Shown here one piece after another: positions 52,893 through 58,649 of a stretch of DNA of 58,649 nt. The stretch's first letter is position 1. Each line of letters starts with the position of its first letter. The notes beneath the pieces were generated by a model that did no database searches, was not told the origin of the DNA, and was given only the letters and a program-made list of their open reading frames with translations. The translations under genes were made by a program, and so were the position numbers. Source of the DNA: Candidatus Omnitrophota bacterium (lineage in GTDB: Bacteria > Omnitrophota > Gorgyraeia > Gygaellales > Profunditerraquicolaceae); the NCBI GenBank assembly GCA_030650425.1, contig JAUSED010000001.1:1-58649 (forward strand), written 5' to 3'.

Positions 52893-55800
52893 ATGATAAA
52901 GCCTAAGATTCAGACAGAAGACAGGGTAGCTGCCAAAAAAGAATCCAAGGAAAAGTTCCATTCCAGCTTTAAGACTTGGATCCGTGTGGTGGCTTTTATC
53001 GTAGCCGCGGTCTTCTTGCCCGAGCAAGTGGCCCAAGCCGTAGAGTATGACTGGCGCGTGCTCTGGAATAAGCCAGCCATCGGCCTTCCTTCCAACAACG
53101 TTTTTAGCCCGAATTACCTTAAAAATGTCCAATCTGTGAATATTCCTCAAGCAGTAAAAAGTATCCTCAAAGATATAGCTAATAAGCCCATAACCGCCAT
53201 CAAAATTTCAGATAATCTGACCATCAATTTGAATAAGCCCTTGAAAATGTCCAATCAGAGGATAGATGAGCTTTATAATTGGCTCTTAGGCAAACCTTGC
53301 GGTTCCAAGGCACTTTATGACTATTTGAATTACAAGGGAATTCAGGTTGAAGAGCAGGACATTGCGGTTTTAGCCCTGACTATAGATATTTTGAATGATG
53401 TGGTCAAGCCGGAAGGTAACCCTAAAGTAATTAAAAATTCCCTTTATGCCTTGTCCAGGACTTCAGCATTCTTCGGCGCCAAGCTTTATCCTGTATCATT
53501 GCGTGATTGCTTCGTCGGGCTTCGCCCTCCTCGCAATGACGAATCCGGTGTCATTGCGAGCGAGCCCACAGGCGAGCGAAGCAATCTCTTAAGCAGCCTA
53601 GTTCCTTTCATCGCTCACCTCAACGGCGACCACTATGTTTTAGTAACCCGTATAAGCGAAGATAAAATTTATTTTAGCGATCAGCACAGAGAAGAGTTTT
53701 TACCCATAGATAAATTTCTTAAAGAATTCTCCGGTTATGCTTTAGTTACTTCCAAAGATTTACCGCCAATTTCGGATAACGAAGCTAAAACTATTTTAGG
53801 CGCAAAATCCGATTACTCCTCTGATTGGCATCCTTCCGCGTCTAACGCCCAGATGCAGGCATATTCCAATAAGACGATGGAGAGCTTGCATAGTGAAATC
53901 AAAGCTATGCGCACCCATGCCGAACATCAATTTATCAAGGATATTACTATCAGCGTAGGAAGTTCCTTTGCTATGGCTGCTATATCCAGCTATGCCAAGC
54001 CTTGGTTTAACACCAAATCTACCGGAGTCGGCTCTAAGGTTTTAGGTTTAGGCCCTACTGCCAGATGGGCGATCACCGGAGCGGTTGCCGGAACTGCGGT
54101 ACACGGCCTGACCACCGGGCAATGGTTTAAAGGCAATTGGTATCTTTACACTGCTGGAGGTGCGGCAGCAGGAGCGGCAGTGCCTTCTGTAGCGCAAGCT
54201 TGGAATACACAGGGTTCATGGCTTTCTCCGGTTAGGAAAGCCACTGATTCTTTTAAGAGTTCTATTAATGGTGCTTTTGGAGGAACGCCTGATCTTGCGC
54301 AATCACCTTGGGAATTTCCGCGCCCGAGCCTTGGCACAACGGCACAACTGGATGTTACAGCCCCGGGTTTATTTAGTAACCTCGGGGGTGTGGGCCATGG
54401 TATGTTTAATGCCGGAGTAGTTACGCTCACCTCGAATATATTTTCATTAGCCGGAATGAAGCCACAACAAACAGAGTTACTTTCCGCATTTACTAGCGGC
54501 GCATTATTGGGGATGGTCGGCGGGCTGGGAAATATGACCAATGGCCTGCAATGGTATCAGGCAGGCATCAGCGGAGGCCTTTCTAATTTAACCAGCACTT
54601 ATGTTACTAGCTTAGCCACAGAGCAATTAAGCATCAAGAGCCCTGCTCTGGCTAAGTTTATTGGTGATACCGCAGGCCTAGCTACCAGTGTCCTTGTTAA
54701 TGGGGCCTTCTATTCTCTGAATGGCCAGTCCATAGATATGGCCAGTCCTAAAATTAAAATTGGTTTACCAGCTGATTTAGGAACCGGTGATAAGATCTTG
54801 AAGGCAGGCATTGGAACCTATGGCGAGTATATCTGGAATAATAGCTGGCGAGGGTGGACTGCAAGTTTAGTTGGCAACGGAGTAGCCGAGATAATTACCC
54901 GGAATCCTAAGCTTATCGGCCTAACGGCTAAAGACCTTGAGACTATGCCCTATGCCAGCGCTATCGGACAGGGGATTACCAGCGGTTTTGGTTCAGCATT
55001 TAAAAATGATACGTTCATCCAGAGTATTTCTAAGGGCCTATTAACCAGCGCCTTGACCATCGGTGAAGCCAAGATAGAAGCTGATATGCTCAAACATAAC
55101 CCCCGGATGACCCCGGTTATGTCCGCGTATTTAATTGATGCCGGCACCGCCGCATTCAGAGGTTTTATGGAAGGTTTTCTTTCTCCTACGGTAACCGAAA
55201 GTATCCGCAATCAGAAATTAGATATCAACAACCAGACCTTTGAACCCGATTCCGCGGCCATAGGGTTTTTTACGCGCACTTTTAACGCGTTAGAAACGGA
55301 TGGTTTAAACGCTTCTAGTTTTGGATATACAGGCCGTGAGCTAAGCGCGTTTGGAGAAATATCCTATATGCATACTTTGACTGCTACTTTTGGGCCGACG
55401 ACTCCAGAGATACTTAGGCAGCAAATGGCTAAGGGTGCGTTTCAGGGAACAGCAGTAGGTGAAGGTTCTACGGTAAATGTAGCCTTAAGCGATGGCACGT
55501 TGGTGCCGCTTACGCTTTCTGATGCTTCCAAGTCAAATCTAAATGGTTCTACCATAATTCCTTTCATGGGGACACAGCCGCGCAAAGATCTTACGTACAC
55601 AGATATAGGCGGTAATAAATGGACGAGTAACGGTGACGGCACATATGCATTACAATCCGTGAAGAAGCAAGAGGGGAGTTTTATCGCCGGATGGGCCCAG
55701 ATCGCCCATGATAGTTACCAGTCTGGCGCGGTAAGAAATATGGTAGGGACAATCGCGGTTATACCTGCTGCCCGCGAATTCTTACATTTGCCGGTTAGCT

Positions 55801-58649
55801 TTATGACGCATTACAAAGACGCCAAGGGAGATATTCAAGATGGAAGTTTGGTATTAGAGAGAACTAATTTTACCGATAAATTAGCTACAACCAGCCTGCG
55901 GACTTTAAGTATATCGGATAACTTCGGTAATCCCGTATTTAGTCAGACTACCCAGAATCAGAGGGTTATTGATGAGGGCAAGATTAAATCCTTCTCCGCG
56001 ATCAGCGCTAACTATTGGGCTAAAGGAGAGGGTTTTATAAGCAGGACGGAAAATTTCTATTATGACAAGAATACCAAACAATTTATGTCCAATAGCTTGG
56101 TGACTACTCAAGCGGGGACGACTACTGTAAACGGTTTAGCCGGCACGACTTTTAGCAAAGATTATCAGAGTGAGTTACAGCTTAGCGCTCAATTTTTACA
56201 AGCCAACGGTATTTCCACCTCTGTTGGCGACGGGAAGATCTATTTACCCGGTAAACCAATGCAAGGAGTTCAACTGTTGGTAGGAGGAACACTGCTGCTT
56301 TCTCCGCAAGATGGAAAATTGCAATCCAGCGTGGTAGTGAATAATGATAATGGAAAACTAAAGGTTAGCGGCTGGGCGTATCATTCGGATAATCCATATT
56401 TTAATAATATCGGCGTTAATGGAGTAAGCTATACCAATAAGAATTTAGCCGATGCCGAGAAAGCATTACAATCTGGTAACACTGGATCTGGTAAATCCAA
56501 AGATGCGGATAGCGATGATTCATCCGGCGGCAGTTATAATGTTACCAAAGATAGCAACACGCTCATTTTTAATTTAAATCGCGACAAAGATGCCGCGCGT
56601 ATTACTCCTGATGGCGGTCTTGTGATGGGAGAGGGTGATAGAGTACGTTATGATAGTGGCACGCTTACTGGTATAGGCAGCAATGTAGGCAATCAAGCAT
56701 TTAAAATATCGGCTGATGCAGACAATGGAGAGGCAATAATTGGCGCCTTGGGGGTAGGGAGAACAGGCAAGGGGGTAGGGCTTATTCCTCTTACCGGTAG
56801 ATGGGATATTAGTAGTTCTGGACAAACAAATATTAATAATGGCCAGACTGTGTTTACGGGGAATCAAGTCTCCGTATTAAATAATATTCCACTTATAAAG
56901 GATTCATCCGCAGGATTTATAATCGAACATGCTAAATTGTTTGGTTCTGGCTATCAAGGTAGTTATGTTGTTTCAGCTATTGCACAGGGAGAATATTTAT
57001 TAACCTTAACCAATAATGGTGAGAGCTGGGTCCCGCACTGGCAAGACAAGGGTTTAATTACCTCTATAGATTTGACTACCAAAGAAAGCCAGAGTAATCC
57101 AATTGATTTGATCGATAGGGCGAAAAACGGTACGGCTGAGGCTTTGGCCAGCCGGATGACCTATTTCTCTCAGGTAATGCCTAATGGAGCTAATACGAAT
57201 GAAAAAGATGCTGAAGCCGAACAGCATAACCTACCTGCTGCGCAACCCGGATCAGCAAATTCTACTACACCGATTACAAAATGGAATACAGGGGAAAGCG
57301 GAGCTGGCTTTGAATCTGTTTCCACTAATGGTATACAGCACGCCTTTGATTTAAATGGATTAGCGCTGAATCCGACGGCTGCTAACAGCGTAAATGTTTC
57401 ATCGATGTTTAATAACGCGGAACATACGTTCGTGAATAATTATGCGAAAAGCGCGTTTACTTCCGGCGTGCAGCTGGATGATAAGGGTAATGTAACGGGG
57501 CGAATGATTGCCGCTATCCCGCTTAACGAAGGCTCATTAGCCGGTAAAACAGTTCAATTAAATGATCACGGATTTGTTATTACAGGTGGATTTAAGTCGG
57601 GGTGGAGAAGTATAAATGCAAACGGGTCGTTCTTTAAAACTTTGATAGGTGACGATAAAGATAATGTTGCTTTAGACAAAGCTGGGCTAGAGAACGTTAG
57701 CTTCTGGGTGGCAAATGGTGGAGCAAAATTCTTGAATTTCAGCATCGGCGTATTAACATTAGAGGGAAACAAGTATACCAAAAATAATGGCTTAGTTTTT
57801 GGAGTGGCAGAGAACGTTCAAGGCGGGGCTGCTCCATATCTTGCTGTGGTTCCAGACAATCCTTTGATTTTGACTCAAACCAAAAAACCATCGACTGTAC
57901 TTGACGAAAATCTCGATAATCAATTAAGCGGAGATAGAGCAAATGAATTATTGGGGCGCCAAGAGATTGTTAATAAATTACCCACAGAGTATAACGCAGC
58001 TAAAGATGAAGGGTATAAAGTTCTTCAGGAAACCTTTGCTAAAACTTATGCTCCTAATTCGACCTTAAATCTTTATTTAAATCCTAATAATGGTGTAATT
58101 TACGCAGACGGTACTCAGCGAGTCAATGTATTGATATCTAACTTAAATTCTACCAACGCAGCACTTTCAGGAGATTTCCGTAACACTACATTTGGGATGA
58201 ATTCTTTCGGAAGAAAGGATTATATTGCTACTACAGTATTTTTAGATGATAAACAGAATGTATCTTTTACCAAAGGTATCTTTAAGAACGACTCCGCAGG
58301 CGGCGTAGTGCAGACGGATTATTTAGGCAGGGTTACTACTGATAAAGCAGGGATATATGTAGGTAATCCCAAGAATCGCGTAGATGCCGCCTTGCAGTCA
58401 GCGAAAAGAAGTGAAATAGGTAGAGTAGTTGATTCAACCGTTATCCTTAAAGATTACTATTATAAAGCAGTAATAGGCAAAGAAGGCGCGATTGAGAAGA
58501 TCCTCGAAGGTAAAGCCGGTCAGCTGGTGATAGACGGTAAGAACGCTTTAAGCCAAGGTGACCATGACTTATCCAGCGGCATACTCAAGACCGTAACCGG
58601 GGAAACGCTCTCCTTAATCGCCTCTCCTGCTAAATTAAATAATCTTGAA
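52893..58649 (+). CDS. 5' part of a giant ORF (at least 1919 codons, no stop before the window end): N-terminal membrane anchor, C39-like cysteine peptidase domain, Gly/Ala-rich hydrophobic region, long T/N/G-rich beta-type region
   Basis: I read the frame from the ATG at 52893 codon by codon to 58649 (5757 nt = 1919 codons) and saw no in-frame stop. It is missing from the ORF track, presumably because no stop is reached, and only short antisense ORFs are listed there. TM: WIRVVAFIVAAVFLPEQVAQA. C39-like: GKPCGSKALYDYL (Cys at 53298-53300) ... VPFIAHLNGDHYVLVTRI (His at 53631-53633). Confidence 0.8.
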   Translation, partial: MIKPKIQTEDRVAAKKESKEKFHSSFKTWIRVVAFIVAAVFLPEQVAQAVEYDWRVLWNKPAIGLPSNNVFSPNYLKNVQSVNIPQAVKSILKDIANKPITAIKISDNLTINLNKPLKMSNQRIDELYNWLLGKPCGSKALYDYLNYKGIQVEEQDIAVLALTIDILNDVVKPEGNPKVIKNSLYALSRTSAFFGAKLYPVSLRDCFVGLRPPRNDESGVIASEPTGERSNLLSSLVPFIAHLNGDHYVLVTRISEDKIYFSDQHREEFLPIDKFLKEFSGYALVTSKDLPPISDNEAKTILGAKSDYSSDWHPSASNAQMQAYSNKTMESLHSEIKAMRTHAEHQFIKDITISVGSSFAMAAISSYAKPWFNTKSTGVGSKVLGLGPTARWAITGAVAGTAVHGLTTGQWFKGNWYLYTAGGAAAGAAVPSVAQAWNTQGSWLSPVRKATDSFKSSINGAFGGTPDLAQSPWEFPRPSLGTTAQLDVTAPGLFSNLGGVGHGMFNAGVVTLTSNIFSLAGMKPQQTELLSAFTSGALLGMVGGLGNMTNGLQWYQAGISGGLSNLTSTYVTSLATEQLSIKSPALAKFIGDTAGLATSVLVNGAFYSLNGQSIDMASPKIKIGLPADLGTGDKILKAGIGTYGEYIWNNSWRGWTASLVGNGVAEIITRNPKLIGLTAKDLETMPYASAIGQGITSGFGSAFKNDTFIQSISKGLLTSALTIGEAKIEADMLKHNPRMTPVMSAYLIDAGTAAFRGFMEGFLSPTVTESIRNQKLDINNQTFEPDSAAIGFFTRTFNALETDGLNASSFGYTGRELSAFGEISYMHTLTATFGPTTPEILRQQMAKGAFQGTAVGEGSTVNVALSDGTLVPLTLSDASKSNLNGSTIIPFMGTQPRKDLTYTDIGGNKWTSNGDGTYALQSVKKQEGSFIAGWAQIAHDSYQSGAVRNMVGTIAVIPAAREFLHLPVSFMTHYKDAKGDIQDGSLVLERTNFTDKLATTSLRTLSISDNFGNPVFSQTTQNQRVIDEGKIKSFSAISANYWAKGEGFISRTENFYYDKNTKQFMSNSLVTTQAGTTTVNGLAGTTFSKDYQSELQLSAQFLQANGISTSVGDGKIYLPGKPMQGVQLLVGGTLLLSPQDGKLQSSVVVNNDNGKLKVSGWAYHSDNPYFNNIGVNGVSYTNKNLADAEKALQSGNTGSGKSKDADSDDSSGGSYNVTKDSNTLIFNLNRDKDAARITPDGGLVMGEGDRVRYDSGTLTGIGSNVGNQAFKISADADNGEAIIGALGVGRTGKGVGLIPLTGRWDISSSGQTNINNGQTVFTGNQVSVLNNIPLIKDSSAGFIIEHAKLFGSGYQGSYVVSAIAQGEYLLTLTNNGESWVPHWQDKGLITSIDLTTKESQSNPIDLIDRAKNGTAEALASRMTYFSQVMPNGANTNEKDAEAEQHNLPAAQPGSANSTTPITKWNTGESGAGFESVSTNGIQHAFDLNGLALNPTAANSVNVSSMFNNAEHTFVNNYAKSAFTSGVQLDDKGNVTGRMIAAIPLNEGSLAGKTVQLNDHGFVITGGFKSGWRSINANGSFFKTLIGDDKDNVALDKAGLENVSFWVANGGAKFLNFSIGVLTLEGNKYTKNNGLVFGVAENVQGGAAPYLAVVPDNPLILTQTKKPSTVLDENLDNQLSGDRANELLGRQEIVNKLPTEYNAAKDEGYKVLQETFAKTYAPNSTLNLYLNPNNGVIYADGTQRVNVLISNLNSTNAALSGDFRNTTFGMNSFGRKDYIATTVFLDDKQNVSFTKGIFKNDSAGGVVQTDYLGRVTTDKAGIYVGNPKNRVDAALQSAKRSEIGRVVDSTVILKDYYYKAVIGKEGAIEKILEGKAGQLVIDGKNALSQGDHDLSSGILKTVTGETLSLIASPAKLNNLE
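53123..53257 (+). promoter_or_regulatory. Two copies of the 13-nt motif inside the giant ORF, in two different reading frames
   Basis: 53123-53135 AAATGTCCAATCT (read as K-N-V-Q-S). 53245-53257 AAATGTCCAATCA (read as K-M-S-N-Q), with flanking CCCTTGAAA shared with the copy at 40771-40789. Confidence 0.65.
53493..53588. repeat. REP-A inverted pair inserted in frame inside the C39-like domain of the giant ORF
   Basis: GTATCATTGCGTGATTGCTTCGTCGGGCTTCGCCCTCCTCGCAATGAC-GAATCCGGT-GTCATTGCGAGCGAGCCCACAGGCGAGCGAAGCAATCTC. 96 nt = 32 codons (VSLRDCFVGLRPPRNDESGVIASEPTGERSNL), no stop. Confidence 0.85.

Noticed and set aside
52722-53150. 142-aa minus-strand ORF
   Set aside because: It is antisense to the giant-ORF start region and its AT-rich leader, with no support.
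56085-56093. Eighth copy of the 13-nt motif (core ATGTCCAAT only)
   Set aside because: Only 9 of 13 positions match. A 9-mer match is expected about 0.45 times by chance in this window, so it is not counted.
54146-57942. Several 60-131-aa minus-strand ORFs (for example 54146-54541 and 56574-56867)
   Set aside because: All are antisense to the single long open + frame of the giant ORF. They are short, scattered and without start-site signals.

Overview
This 58.6-kb window looks like a segment from a small-genome, uncultivated bacterium. The streamlined housekeeping genes, the palindromic repeats that translate as 'LRFARND / VIASEA..KQS', and a giant ORF beside Tad/T2SS-like genes are traits I associate from memory with Omnitrophota-like candidate phyla. 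That taxonomic call is inference only. Positions 1-34,500 are mostly housekeeping. They hold a HEPN/MNT toxin-antitoxin pair, six tRNAs, thrS-infC-rpmI-rplT-pheST and a promoter-driven 6S-like structured RNA. Next comes a translationally coupled rarA / EF-G / UvrD-like block in which EF-G carries an approx. 318-aa membrane-anchor plus coiled-coil extension. The rest of this stretch is Fe-S and folate genes, rny-ymdB, xseAB-dxs, a four-subunit 2-oxoacid:ferredoxin oxidoreductase, gltX, and a minus-strand FIST / histidine kinase / REC-GGDEF operon. Positions 34,800-58,649 are entirely co-oriented on the + strand and are the interesting part. They encode a non-canonical Tad-like pilus/secretion island: a parvulin lipoprotein, CpaB, a secretin fused to a TonB_C domain, a fused CpaE-CpaF ATPase, and DUF192. 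The island continues with an HTH/coiled-coil protein that has a transposase-like C-terminus, at least 8 Flp-type prepilin paralogs (one 56-aa gene is missing from the ORF track), TadE/TadG-like pseudopilins, and TadB/TadC. An OprB-like porin and a repeat-dense gap follow. The 5' end of a giant ORF then starts at 52893 and is still open after 1919 codons at the window end. That ORF has an N-terminal membrane anchor and a C39-like cysteine peptidase domain, which is interrupted in frame by a 96-nt palindromic repeat. A 13-nt motif, AAATGTCCAATCT, occurs 7 times, always on the + strand and only around the HTH gene promoter and the giant-gene 5' region. No rRNA, CRISPR array, cas genes or intact IS/prophage were seen.
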